From the NCBI GenBank assembly GCA_049999805.1, contig JBNGIO010006371.1, positions 407,049-471,048 on the forward strand: a stretch of DNA of 64,000 nt. Reading direction: 5' to 3'. The first letter of the stretch is position 1. Every line of letters begins with the position of its first letter. Positions 50,801-64,000 of this stretch are shown piece after piece. The notes beneath the pieces are model-generated. The model had not been told where the DNA came from, did not search any database, and worked only from the letters and a program-made list of their open reading frames with translations. Made by a program: the position numbers and the translations under genes. Origin of the DNA: Folioceros fuciformis. Taxonomy: Eukaryota.

Positions 50801-52040
50801 ACGACTTACATCATCTATTACGCCAGTAGTATTGTGCTTGAGAACAAGAGTGCAATACTTCCTGTCAAGAGCGTAGAGTACAGAAGGTCAATGGGAATCA
50901 ACTCAGGTTGGGAAGCCTGACAGATACCAGAAACACTGGATGAAAAACTTTCTCACTCTAGATGACTACAGCAGGCATGACCTGCAAATACATACCCGCT
51001 TGTGATTGTTCTCTCAAGAAACCTAGAATGCTTGCCAGTGTTTGCGGCATAACTCATGGAAGGAAGCTCCTCGTTGTACAATTTTAACACATCCTGAATT
51101 CCAACATGTGGTCAACTGGAGCATAATTTGCTGTTCACGGAGCAGAAAACACGGCCGCACATAAGTTAATGAGAAGCTGATCGCACAACGATTCAAACCT
51201 GCAAAAGCCGCTTTCCTCGTTCATCCTGGCTCCTGGGATTCAGAACCACAGCTGACATCTTACTGCGGACTCTATTGCCTGGTACAAGTCACAACGGGTG
51301 TAACCAATTGGGAATCATGATAGGCCGATGCAAGCTCGTGGCTCACGAAGACTGAAGAGCGAACCTTCACATTTACGACCGGATTCTAACACTCGAGGTG
51401 CGTGACATCCTGTACTCTCTGCAGCTTGGTCACCTGTGCAGTCAAACGAGCAAAAGCTATCAGAATTCGTCCTCCATATCAAACCGGCAAAAATTTCTGT
51501 CGGTGATTCCCACCAGAACATAATGATCTGTCGGTGCACTCTTTCCTCATGTTCCTCCGCGGGACAACCAGGTAAGGAAAGGAACGCAATGCCGGGCAGA
51601 GCGGGTGTCTACGATATCAAAGCGGGCGATCCCACCTTCAGCATCAGGTACTAATGGAATTAAACTATTCCAACATTAAATTGGAAAACCTGCAATGGTA
51701 ACTAGTCCATCATAAGAAAAATGAGTGAGGCATGGATTCTGAAGAGGACGCCAAGTCTTGGGCAGACACCGCGATTGCAAGACAGCTCAAAGAATGGCCA
51801 CAAAAAATAGCGAGTGTCCGAAGAACACTCGTAAATCAAGCGCAATACCACTGGAAATCAAGATTTGCTGCAGCCCCGCTCCAAAGAACGTTTACGCAGA
51901 AGGAAGCCGGCATCAAGGCAGGCACTGAGCTTCCAATCCCCAGCCTTGAATAGCGCGAATTTACCAAGACAGGACTGCGCAGCCGCAGACCTGCTCGCAG
52001 TCCTTTCGAACCTCCTTCCAATTCTTCCAAGGCCGGGCAT
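47851..52040 (-). CDS. GNAT N-acetyltransferase + tandem BRCT protein (At2g41450/BCP2-like; 5' exons uncertain)
   Basis: DVLKLYNEELPSMSYAANTGK; YQIIPADTQYAEIPLAAV; FCWGDDESEAFWVKQGF; BRCT MNMASETRRKQLTK/...CTHIVTGEVRTTLNFCTAL/AWVVSSDWLKDS; end DWFMSCVVTQNLDLSKPQFAESLN*. Coding is well supported to ~51280; ATG 52040 is a guess. Confidence 0.85.
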
Positions 52041-52114
52041 GGATCGATGATTCAGCACCAAATGCTTGGCGGCAGAGCATCAAGCGTCGCACACTTGCGC
52101 CAGCAACAGGACGA

Positions 52115-52122
52115 GCGGGAAA
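52115..52122 (-). promoter_or_regulatory. E2F consensus site TTTCCCGC
   Basis: Exact match ~75 bp upstream of the candidate ATG of the GNAT-BRCT gene. Confidence 0.4.
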
Positions 52123-52320
52123 CGTACTTTTGAATCAAACAACGCGCTTGATTTAACTTCGCGTATAGAATCAAATACGAAACACGGTAGGTGTTAAAAT
52201 AAATACGGGATTCAACAAATAAGGCATTTCATAATGTGAAATTCTGAAGTGACAAAAGACCGTTAGCACGTGCTAAAGGAGTGCCAACAGGAGGCCTAGG
52301 TTGCTGGTGCTCAAGAGGAA

Positions 52321-53735
52321 CTATGTGAACTGTTTGAGAAATTCCGCTGCCACCAATCGCCCTCTGGTGTTAACCGAAAGCTTCAGCTCGCTTATCTCTT
52401 TATCGATGTCCTGGCCACATCCACGAAGGATCCCATAGTTAGTGTTAGTCTCCGTTTCTCCAGGTCGCACCTCTAGGGCAGGGAACGAAGATTCTTGACC
52501 CTATAGGAGCTTTCGCAGGCTTATTATTTTCACTTGACGTGACTGCCAACGATACGCGGGATAACTAACCTCCATGAACTGGACAATGAAGTCTATCAAT
52601 TTGTGCTTGTACATCTCTTCGCAGTGGTAGTTTGTGATCAAAAAGCTGATGTCATAACCCTGATAAACAATCAAATACAGCATCAGAATGCGGATATACA
52701 GTGTGGCAAGAAGCGTGGGAGTGAAAGTGGTTACTGATCCAAATAAACCGACCCAGTTCCAAGCGAGGTTGCTGCTGCGTTCACTACCTGAACAGGCTTC
52801 CTCCGGAGAACCTGAAATGACTCGGCTCTCATTGATAAGAAGCGCAAAAACTTCCTAGCAAGGATATTCTCCAACTCGTCCGCCTGCTTGACCTGGACTC
52901 CATGAAACAGCACGAACATACCTCAACACTCCCATTCCTAGCTCCCTCCTTGCACCCACAAGACCAGAGACATAGAAAACCACGTACCTTTATACTTATT
53001 CTCAAAGAGTTGATCGAGGTCTCAATTAAACACTTCTCAGCTTCATTCCTGCATATCAGGACCTACACACCGTCCATAGGGAAATGGAGTCAAGAAGAAA
53101 GAGCATACTGCTCGTTCAGAATTGGAAGGAAGAGTGAAGACTAACGTGTCCTTGTGGACAGCAACATGTCAGGCCAGGAATATACGGGATTGAGGAGCAG
53201 CTCTGGGCTTGTCCTGCAACAACAACAATAAACCAGTGAATTGCAAACGAACCTGCACGCAGAGAGAGCTTCAATTAACAGAGTCTTGCCACAACCACGA
53301 GGCAAAGCTAGCAACTTACTTGAATTCAACTTCCGGCTTGTTGTGCCTCTCAACCTCCTGGCATGGAAAATTCTGTCAAAACACACCAGATGAGTGCGAG
53401 TGAGCCGTCTACCACATATCCTGCAGAAAGATCTCTGCACAAACACGACACATTGACCTAATGCTATGCTCCGCACTGTCAGCATAACCATTTGGAACAC
53501 AGATCAGGAACCCTAACAACGGAACGCAACCTGCAGGCACAGTGCAGCTGTGAGCGTGTTGCGAATACATGTGAGGTAAGGTCTCAATGTGTTCGCCTGA
53601 AGACATCCCACAACACATAGACGGAACCGTTAATCTTACGAAAGACGAAGAAAAACGAAGGAATTGAGAGGCAAAATTCTAAGAAAATCAGGATAACACA
53701 TGCCCGCAGAGCAACTAACAAGCTCACGATACCAT
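52321..53735 (-). CDS. ARPC4: Arp2/3 complex subunit 4 (multi-exon)
   Basis: [101 protein letters not shown]...|[29 protein letters not shown]. Confidence 0.97.
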
Positions 53736-54949
53736 GAAGATCTCCTGAAGATGAGCAAGCGCAGCGAATGGCGATTTGGCCGAATATCTAGCGACCGGAG
53801 AAAGGGAGGGAGGTGCCTCGAGACGTAGCTTCAGCCGGCTGTTCACGGTGTTTCGTCATTTTGTCTCTTCTGGCATAATCGATGAACCGCTACGAAGCTC
53901 TTGATACTACATACATGTTAATAAAACCTGAAAAGAGCCGCCCGGACGAGGCAACTGCGGGCGTCTTGGACTTGAATAAGACATGGTTCAATACTCAGCA
54001 AGAGACATCCATCCGTCGTGGGCCAGGAAACCGAAGCCAGTCTTGCCCCAGCGCCACCCACTCAGCACTTCACTGTTGTTCAAACAGAAGTATGCACCAT
54101 GAATTGGTACCACTATTATGAATTACACACCGGGGCGGTGTGGATGGGAAATGTGATACGAAAAGCCAAGGAAATTGCTAAGTGCAACCCAAAGCGCTTG
54201 TGTCGGAAATCGAATCCGCATGGACTTTGACAAGGCAATCATCCTAACAAATCAATCTTACTTATGTCGGATGGAAAAACCATCGTATTATAAAGAAAGA
54301 AGTATCTAGAAAGACTGAAATCGGAAACCAGATGATGTGCTTGAAAGAAGATAAACATGACCAACAACATTGTTCACATACTAATTTGATTCTCTTTCAC
54401 GGCTCTGGAAGGAATTGCTAGAGTGTTAGGCCAATGAGAGGCTCAAAAGCGGAGTCCCATAATTGTTGACACCATGTGTGTGGAAAGAGGATCTATGACA
54501 TCAATTCTCAAGTTTGCTATGTAGAAAACAAATGACTATGTGGTTGTTTTGGCTCCTTTACATGTAGCAACTAAGCGGCAAATTGGTCACTTTGTTTAAG
54601 AAAATGTTACATTTGCCTTCTATATGCTATCAATTATTTCAGCCCCTCCGCAAATATGCAATGTGTGGTACACAATGGTTTGAGCTCCTCCAACAATCAG
54701 TTATTTGTGTACCACAATCGTAAATCTACCACTTATCATTGTGTAAGGATTGTTTGCTTGCCGCTTGATTGTGGTGAGGGTGGAGGGAAAGTGTAAAAGG
54801 ATACTGCATTGTCCATTAAATTTTCTATTATGGGAAACTGGCATATATGCATTGAACATGGTTCTAGTGCCTTTCTTGTTACAATGGCAAGGATGTCATG
54901 GCATGGTAAGTAGTCACGTGGTTGGCATGGGAGTGGCATAGTAGAGGCA

Positions 54950-56900
54950 TATTAAAAACCGGGATTTCCGATAGGCGGAGTTAGTCGAAGGCAGCGCTTT
55001 GTTTATAAGAGGGCGCATCGCCAAGCCAACGCAGGTTTGGCTGATGTTCACTGACGGCGGTGGCCAAAACAAAACTCCCAAAGAGTGTGCAGTAGACCGG
55101 TTGAGTCGAGAGAAAAGACAAAGCTTGTTTTCACATCAGCCAAATCCCTTCTTCTAACGGAGAGGCTACACAACGAGCACGAAAGGGGCTTCTGGCGGAA
55201 GTGGAGCCCGCAGGTGTGCAAGCGTAGATAATCAGGAGAGGAGCTGATGGGGAATGCCTTGCAATCATTCAGTGAAAGCTAGACCATTCGAGAGTTGGCA
55301 ATCCTACTGGAAATCAAACCAGAGGAGTTGTGGCAAAGATTGTGGATTGAAGCCATTGACTTGTTGATGTGGTTGGTAGATTGGACACAAGGAGGCAGCA
55401 ACGTGGAGTTCGACAACATGCCATACATCGTGTCCTACCGAGAGAGGGAATGACGGAATGCTGGTGCTTTGATACAGTTGGATCAATGAAAGCACCCTTG
55501 CCCAAGGGAGCGAGGAGCTGGTGACCGCATATCTTTCCGTGCACAAAGGAAGGGGACAATTTGAGTGGAGTCAGAGCCCTGTGAGAACATTAGACTTAGG
55601 AGAAACAAGCCAAATGGAGCAAGAATGATATATTCATTGGGCACCATGGAAGCATGTCACTGGCTAATTTCAAAAAGAAATTTATGCAAGTAGGAGTTCA
55701 CTCCCAAGATGGCTTGATGGAAAATGAGCACCTTCCTAGCGGGAGAAGCACTCATGTGTTACCAAGACTCCAAGGAGAAGATCTTAGTGAATGCACATTT
55801 GCTAGCTAGAGGCAAACGAAGGAGAGAGTTAGTCAAAGGAGATGATGACGAGGTTGGACCATCCAAGTCAACTGACGTCATGACCAGCCTAGTGAATGAA
55901 ATGTTTGGAAGGTTTGTGGAAATGTTTCCTATCTCGTCCATAAAGAAGATATAGAAGATATCCAAATTTCTCATCAAGCCAAATGAGCCATTGCAGTCTA
56001 CATATTTCAGACTACGGCAATAAGTTAAGCATACGAAGGTCAAAACTATAAGAGAGCCTGCGCAAATTTGTGTTGCAACGTTGCCAAGACAGTAGGGAAG
56101 ATTGATTGCCAACTTTCTACACATGCTTAATGGAGCGGACTATGAGCTTGAACAAGCATATGAGATTGCGGAACAGGTCATGAAAGGTGATGCTATGACC
56201 AGTGCGTACTGGGAGGAACACCATGTAGGACAAGCGCACACCAACATGGTTGGGTTACCTAAGACATGAAGCAAGGGAGTGTATTGAGAGCATCACCGTA
56301 GCGGAGTGTAGCGAAAACACACTCCACCGAAGGAAACGATAGCTAGCGGCGAAATAGTTGTGAAAGCGGGAATGAAATGCTCGAGATGCAAAAGAGCAGA
56401 AAAGATAGTCAAATGCGAGCATCAAAGTGGGGGACTGAAGGATAAGGAAATATGTAGGGCATGTGGAAAAACAAGGCATATCAAGGTTATGTGTTGGCAA
56501 GCTCACCCAGAACTCATACCAAAAGGGAATGGGGAGCAAATGGTGAACAAGACACAACCCATAGCAAAGCTATATAGGCAAAGCGCTGTTGAGTGAGGTC
56601 CATAAACTCCAAGAACAATTGGCTATGAGTGTAAGCATGAGTGCACTAGGCAGGATGACCGAGAAGGAGTCTGATGACGAGGGGAATATGTGTGCCCAGA
56701 TAGCCGACAAGGTGACCAAATAGTGGCACAAAAACGAAGACTTTGAAAAGGGAGTGAGAAGAAAGTCGGCAGAACCTTAACCAACAGCCAGCATGCCTAA
56801 ATCTTTCCAGTAGGTGGAGAAAATTGAGTTATGTCCACCCGTGAGAAGAAGAGTGTCGTGCTAAACAGTGTCAGCCTTATTAGTTGGCTAGCAATTGGCA
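54950..56900 (+). mobile_element. Degenerate LTR retrotransposon 5' part (gag)
   Basis: Broken gag-like frames with CCHC zinc knuckle CRACGKTRHIKVMCWQAHPEL at ~56450-56520. Boundaries approximate. Confidence 0.65.
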
Positions 56901-57619
56901 GGATTGTATGAAAGAGAAAGATTTGGGCACTCGCTTTCCAACTAGCTTACTGGTCATGAACGTGACCATAAGGCAAATTGAAAACCAGGCAAACAAAGTG
57001 GTAGTCCTTGCAAGTCCTGATCCAGCATCACACAAAAGCATCACCATCACCACACAATCTCAGCCTCACAGCACTCCCAGGTGATGTCCAGCCAGATCGA
57101 TTGTCTGGAATCAACTAGCTGACACTCAAACCTCCATTCACACCCAGCGATTGCGACCCGAATTGCTTCACGTGTCGGTGCCACCATGAGAACCCTGAAG
57201 ACGTTGACCCTGATCTCAGTGGTGGTCTTCACAAGCAGCGTTGACAGTGCTCACCGCCACTCCCGCAGCCCCGTCCGCGACTCAACGATTACTCGGCTCT
57301 TAGCCTACTCAGGCCAGACCAGCGCCACGCCCCAGGCTCAGCGCTGCCTCCCCAAACGTTCCATCGTTGGTCTTGGCAAGCGCTTGTCTCATCGGCATGG
57401 CTATTGCAGGGGTTGCAACTTAGACTTGCACTATCACCACATCATATTCCGACAGCAGCAACACCCATCTGACCTACTTCCCACTTAATTTCATATTGGT
57501 CATTAGCCAGTGCAGTGGCTGATAATCAATCACTAACCGGAATCTTAGCCCCACTCCCCAGTCTATGGATAGGCATTCTCCTTCGTACAACGAGTAATTA
57601 GCCTTAGCCTTATTATTAG

Positions 57620-60600
57620 ATCTACTTGCATATGCCACCACCTGTTCCACTCTTGTCTAGTCCAATTGAATGAGCACTGCTCCTGGGCTGGCTGCGCTCC
57701 AGTCGATGTATAACACAAATGACTTCCCAAAGTCCGGCCTTTTCAGTGCCGGCCTCTCTATCAATTGATCTTTGAGCTCCTGCCAAGCTTGCTCCTGCTC
57801 TTATTCCCATCTCCATGTTTTCCTTTTTTTGAGCAATTCATATAATGGTTGGCAAACAATGCTCATGTTCTCCATGAATCATCAGGAGTAGTTTACTAAA
57901 CCTAGGAAAGCCCGAAGTGCCGCCACATCATTGGGTCTTGGCATTGCATTAATTGCTTGAACCTTGGCTAATTGTGGAAGCACCCCTCCGAACACGATCC
58001 TGTGCCCCAAGTATTCGATCTCCTTATAGGCAAATTGACATTTCTTTGGATGTGCCTTTAGCCCTAACTCAGCCAATCGCTATAATATTACCTCCAAGTG
58101 CTTTATATGTTTCTCGAGCGTGCTGTTGAACACTAAGATGTCATCAATATAGCACCTGACAAACGATAGTCCTTGTAGCTCCAAATCAGTAATCCTTTGA
58201 AAGTAAATGGACGCATTCTTCAATCCAAATGGCATAGATTCTCATTTCCATAATTGGTCCTTTCCCCATAATGCAGTTTTGCATTTGTGTTCCTCTTCAA
58301 TGGTAATCTAGTTAAAGCCCAACTGGAAGTCCAGTGTGCTGAAGTACTTGGCTTCGCCAATAGCATCAAATATCTTCTCTGGTGCAGGCATAGGGTACCG
58401 CTCCAGAAGAGTTATTTCTTTTCGCACACGATAGTCCCCGCACATACACTTGTCCATCCATTCCCTATTTTCATTCTTCTTTAGTAGTAGTACAGTGGTT
58501 GCCGTATATTGTGATCTAGATTTCCTGATTAACCCTGCTGACTCTCACTTATTACATCTTTCATCCACCAACTCCCATTCAGCAGGATTGAGTCGATGTT
58601 TTCTTTTAAAGACGGGTGTGTTAGTGCTTATTATAATTTTGAACTTTTCTTTGTCATATCGGCCTAATTCCTCCCAGCTAAATACAAACGCATGTAAGTT
58701 TTTCTTCAGTGTTGTTCAAATCCTTTGCTGGTCACCTTCGTCCAAATCAATGCATATCTGCCATTGGTGGTGCGTTATAGTTGCTTCTTTGTTGGCTTGA
58801 AGCCCTGCAACACATGCATTGGATTCCTCTTGCATGATGCTTTTCTGTGGCTCTTCTACTTTGTTCATCACTCTCAAGTTTCTACTGCCTTCTCGAATGC
58901 ACATTAGCAGTTGTCACCAACCCAACGCATAATAGCATTGCATGTTTCGTAAATCAAACCCCTGCCCGATTAACTTGCACCGATATGCTTCAGACACTCC
59001 TTGCGTGGTGTGCTGTCGTTCTGGAAGCCCATGGCCCGTTCTCTTTCCTTGATCGTCGGTTCACCAACTTCATCCCCTTTGTTATACAAAAGCATACAAG
59101 CCTCCGTTCCAGAATGTGTATGACCGTGACTTGCTAATCATTGTGGGCCATGCCCTTCTCGCGCTTCCCACAACATTGACAGGGAAATACAGAAGCTTGT
59201 CATTTCGCCTGACTGGTTGTGCCTTCCTGCTCTCTTCAAGTATATGATCAACATATTGTATCGGAGGCATAGTAGCACTTCGATGCTCTCGTAGCACCAC
59301 AATATCTATCGCATTTGTCTAGAAGCTATGCACTCAGTGTGCATATGAGCCTTCTTGGATAGCATCCATAATGAATTCACTTCTATGCCACTGTCTCAAT
59401 TGCTCATAGTCTGCTATCATATGCTTCCTTTTGTCGAACGCTCCACAAACATTTTCCAATAGATACCAACACCCTAGATTCATCTATTGAACTTCACCGA
59501 GTATGTAGATCCCTTCCCTCGCTTGCAACAACCCATCTCGTAGACCTTGTCTGGCCTTGGAGAATGTCTTATATTCCCATCCTGCTATGAGCATGTCCAT
59601 AGTACAACCCATCGGTTTCTGTTGCTGTTTTCCTACCATCTTGATGTTCATGTTCAGCTTGCTTTGACATCCCTTCATGGCTTGCCTACTCAACTATTTA
59701 GGGAAAACCTTCTACATCTACAAAATCTGTGTTTTCGCTACTTTATGGGTTCTTTGATCTATTTCTACGCACGTGTACTTTCGTATGCACATGCTGCATC
59801 TCAACACTACTTCCAACCCACTGTTAATTCCCGAACACATCTCTAAGACATGAATTTCATACCTGCTTGGCCTCTTAGCATATCGTTTCATTGTTGATAC
59901 GTAGTTTATTCCAAGCCACTGCCATTCCTTCTGGTACGCTGTTCTCTAGGCAAGTCCTCCAAGGCACTTAGGGGCTTTGTCTTCGCAATCTCCTTTGTTC
60001 GGCTTCTAATGCTTGTTCGAGTGCCCCAATTCTTCGTATGCTCGTGCCCGGCTCATCTTCACTCATATCAATGGCTCGTTATTCGTCAGCTCTTGGGTTT
60101 CTTCCCATAACTCTCGTCGATGCACAATTTGAGCTACGTTTGCCCATACACAATCCCGAAAATGGTAGCTGCAGCCTTGCGCGCACACAGATGTTGACTC
60201 CCGCTCACTCCCGTTTTGCTTGTGCTAAATCCAGTCCACAATCGACTAAGTGAGCTCAACTCCGCTTGGATTCCCCTGTGGGTTGCAGGCTGCACAGTCG
60301 CATCCGTAGCTCCGTGAATGAGCCTCCTACACAGTAAGCTTGAATCCATGGACGGTCTCAGACTGCCCTCGGTGGAGTTTTCCCCACCCAGCTCCTAGCT
60401 CCCATACACCAGCTTGTCGCAGTCCACCAGCCCAACGCCCAGCGCCGCCGTGCACTAGTGCTATTTTGATGCCCGCGACGGGACACCACAGCACTTGTGA
60501 GCTCACCTGGTGCTCGAACTGAGAACCCCAGCTCAACGTCTAGCACTGTCGTTCAGTGGTGCCATTTTCATGCTCGCGACGCCCACCATAGCACTCGTGA

Positions 60601-61104
60601 ACCCTCCTGGACGAATCCTGAGGTTCGTGAGCAAGACCCCCATCCTACAATCCTAGCGACTGTGTTTGCGAGTTGTAGTAAGTCCTCCACCTAGCCCCGG
60701 TGTGTTACACTCAAATTGTCAATCACACACACACACCGCGATGCGACTCATCAGCGTTTCCCTCCGATTTTTGAGTAGTGGATTTACAAGCGATTTCTTG
60801 GCCAGCCACCTCCACAGAAGGCCTAGGTTCAACGAGAGAACTTCGAACAATTGTGTGACTGAGCCTAGAAGCCCGATACTTATCTATCACGCTTGCTCTT
60901 GGCCGTTGCCTGTAGTTTTCCTCCTTGTCGTCGGCGCCATGCCGCCCACGCTCGTAACCTCCCAACCATTCTGTACAATGATGCTTCTCACCCTTGAGCC
61001 CTAAATGAGTCGCACGTTCCGTACCTAGCCAATCCTGATCTACCTAATTATATGATTAGCCTAATTATATATGTTTGATTAATTAGATATCCTAATTAAT
61101 CAAC
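57620..61104 (-). mobile_element. Degenerate Ty3/gypsy retrotransposon (LTR-like end, RT, start of RNase H)
   Basis: MPFGLKNAS, CYIDDILVF, KKCQF...IEYLGH, LRAFLGLVNY and RNase H LYIDWS...GAVLIQ, with many stops. The minus strand begins TGTTGATTAATTAGG at 61104. Confidence 0.88.
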
Positions 61105-62110
61105 ATGGCCTGACAAGAGTGGAGAAGGAGGAAAAGGTGTTAGATGACATGATGGATGCACCAATAATGAGCTTGTGAGACCCTGGGGTCAAATCCCAGG
61201 CACTCAAAAGGGTGGTACGGATGTGGAAAGTGAAAGAAGGTGGCGTCAAGGCAATGAGTGGGCTGACTAGTCGATGTGGACAGCACCTCAGGCTAGAAAA
61301 TAGGGGCAAGGGTGGAATAGCCATGGCGAAGAACCAAGATCGGCATGTAACTTTCAATGGCTTTGTACCAGAGCAAGTGTTGATACACACAGACGCCGAC
61401 TCGGTCCTGTTAGGTGCCAAGGTGCAAAGAGCGCTAAAGTTGTGTGGGGACAAATTGAAACTAGACAACATCAAGATAGCAACGTATGTAAGAACCAAGG
61501 AACAAGTTTTGGGAATAACGAAGGATCTAATTGACATTGAACTCAAGCCAAAAACGTCGGAGGCTTGCACCATGAATGTGCGATGTTTGGTGTTGGATGC
61601 AGAAAATTATGATGTCTTGCTTAGTCGAATGTCACACATGGGCCAACAATGGGAGTGGATCCCCTACATGCACAAGCATTTTATCTTCTATTTGGCGCTT
61701 CTTATAGAAGGAGCTGAGCTAACAGAGGACTTAGCTCAATGCGGAAGGGATATCTGGAGACAGAAGTTCGCCGTGGAATTATTACAAGGTAAGGACCTTC
61801 AAGGGGTTAATCCTGTGACTGTGGAAAAGCTAAGAGGCGGGTGGCTAGGTATGAGTGGAAGGAGGGCAAACTTTGGATTAACGACAAGGGCGCTACTCAG
61901 GAAGTACTTCCCATACAAGACAGAGCAATGTTGATATTGAAGGTGCTTCGAACGTTGGGACATTTGGAGTAAAGAGAACGCATCACATTCTCAAACACTC
62001 ATACTTCTGGGCAGGTATGGATGTCGATGTTGAAAGGGTGATAGCCAAGTGTGCGGTGTGTGATGTAGCAAAAGCAAGGCTCAATCATCAGATCCAGTAC
62101 AGCATCTACT
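61105..62110 (+). mobile_element. Degenerate gypsy pol fragments (protease-like and integrase zinc-binding)
   Basis: VLIHTDA (decayed DTGA), YDVLL, then GHLGV-like...YFWAGMDVDVERVIAKCAVC (HHCC region). Confidence 0.7.
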
Positions 62111-64000
62111 ACCCATCGTGGAAGTACCTGAAGGTGAGTGGTTTTGCTTGGCTTGTCTCATTATGCAAAAGGAATAGCGTAGCTTTAACCGTTGGAGCTA
62201 GAAAGCATTGTTGTCATAAATAGCTATGATATAAAGCAAGTAACAAATTAGGGCGACGTAATTATGTGAAGTAGGACATAACAACGTTGAAATAGATTGA
62301 TTAAGTGCGAAACCTTAGATATGAAAGGCCACATGCGGCTTAGGATGCTGATTTGCAAGTCGTCAATGCTAGCGAAGGGAGGATACACAGTAGGGAGAAG
62401 AAGAGGCATCAAGCACAACCAAGGGTGAAGGCGGGACTCGCCACAAAAACTCGAGGTATGATTGCATCAAGGAAGAAGGTTGATTGCAGGAACTGACCTC
62501 GAAAAGGAGTTGGTTGAAGGCCTATAGTCTAGCTAGCTTTGGGGGTGGTGGCAGATATGTTGGAGATTGTGGGGGCCTATGCTGTCACGATGTGTGCATC
62601 ACTTACATCACAAGTGTTAGATGGCAGAGACTACATGAGGTGAAGGATGGCATATGAATATGCCGACAAGGAAATGGCTGGTTGGTAACTTATGAGTCAA
62701 TGATGTGTTCAAGGTGCATGAAGAGCAAGGTTGAAGCATGGCAAGCAGGAATAGTGAGGAAAGGGGCACAATTCATAAAGACAAGGAGCTGGAAGTCCTG
62801 CCCCATAACAGGGGATATCGAGGGCACCGCTACTATTGTGGACAAGCTGATCCACCCCAAGCCGTCATATATGTGTAGGCCACAATTTGTGGATGTTGGC
62901 AGGTAGAAAAAATGGACGCAAGTGTTTATTAGGAAGTATTTGCCTGAGAAACCCATGGCACCTACATATTATGCTCAATTAAGAAAATTTTTGCTGTTTG
63001 CTGAAGGTTACCACTTGCGGTGTCCTATTAAGTACTACCCCACTGATCATAGGGACTTGTTTAAGCTTCAGCATAAGGGATACAAGGGAGTGCCCTAGGT
63101 GTGGACCATATTCTGTGAAGGAGCATATAGAAAGATAGAGAATCATTTGTTTTTCCATCAATTGTTTGACACCACACCCTTGGAAGCCTTGGTGTTGTAT
63201 GAACCAACAAAGTTTCCAAGAAACATGCAAGCTTTTAGAGGATGGTTTGTTCACTTTCACCCATACAATATGGGCAAGCAAATGGTGATGGCTCTTCACA
63301 ATGCCTGAGGTCTTTCCTATGCAAGGCTCCTTTTCTTGTCCACTATGGAGGTGGCTATGTAATATACACCACCAAACATTGGGTACGTATGCACATCCAT
63401 GTCTCTATCTGGGTCTAATCATTAGACTTGAGGAAAATGATTTTTTTTTTTTTTTTTTTAGAATTCCAACTCCCCTGGTTGGGGGACTCGATTTTGTTTG
63501 CCACACGGCCCACACATCGAAGGGAAGGATAGGCACTCCTGCCATACACAAGGGTTTTATGAGGACTTGGAACTTTTGGAAGTATGGGCCCCCTACGTCC
63601 CGAATTTCCACAATAAAGTCTAGGACCCACTGGTAGTTCACAGAGGACAGACCCCAGACCCACCTGCACAATGCTCATGTATGCTGTACTTACTGGACGT
63701 ACTGAAGTTCATATTCAAACTAGGGCCATGGCACCTGGCACTTAGGCCAGAGCACATGCTGAAGGTAGCTTTCCCTGCAAGCAAAATCATCCTTGTCGCA
63801 CACCACGTGGTTGCATCGTCACCTCTTCCCAACGCAGACATCGCTTCTTCACACGACCAGCGTAGATGATGTTCAAGCAAGGGGTGCCGTGCCGTGTACG
63901 AGAAACCGTGTGACGGAGAGCTTCGTTAAGAACTGGCAGGACCGATAAGCTTCGCAGTATGTCTCCACCGAGGTCGATACCCGAGCCCGAGAGCCATTAC

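Noticed and set aside
62200..64000. Named transposase or gene at the right end
   Set aside because: Only short broken frames. Probably TE-derived, but no diagnostic motif I can support.

Overview
Eukaryotic nuclear DNA from a compact, gene-dense land-plant genome. Short GT-AG introns, short intergenic spacers and the gene set suggest a non-seed plant such as a hornwort; the taxon is an inference. There are two 400-N assembly gaps. Positions ~1.8-53.7 kb hold about 16 genes: VPS26C/DSCR3, a DUF3128 protein, TRM7/FTSJ1, two SAURs, aminoacylase-1, a P-type PPR protein, a plastid-type acidic protein, an F-box protein, an intronless WRINKLED-type AP2 factor, a small putative plastid membrane protein, a CECR5-like HAD hydrolase, a stand-alone SRA-domain protein, an intronless HIRA, a GNAT+BRCT protein and ARPC4. 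A tRNA-Gly(UCC) gene and several tandem repeats are also present. Two decayed intron-retaining pseudogenes (a local inverted DUF3128 copy and a CFIm25 copy) appear in the ORF track only as fragments. From ~55 kb to ~62 kb the window is degenerate, apparently nested Ty3/gypsy LTR retrotransposon; the last ~2 kb is unresolved. I see no CRISPR array or clear new multi-gene system. The best leads are the SET-less SRA protein with an altered methylcytosine pocket and the intronless HIRA and WRI genes. All family assignments come from remembered motifs; no search was run, and exon boundaries are approximate where stated.
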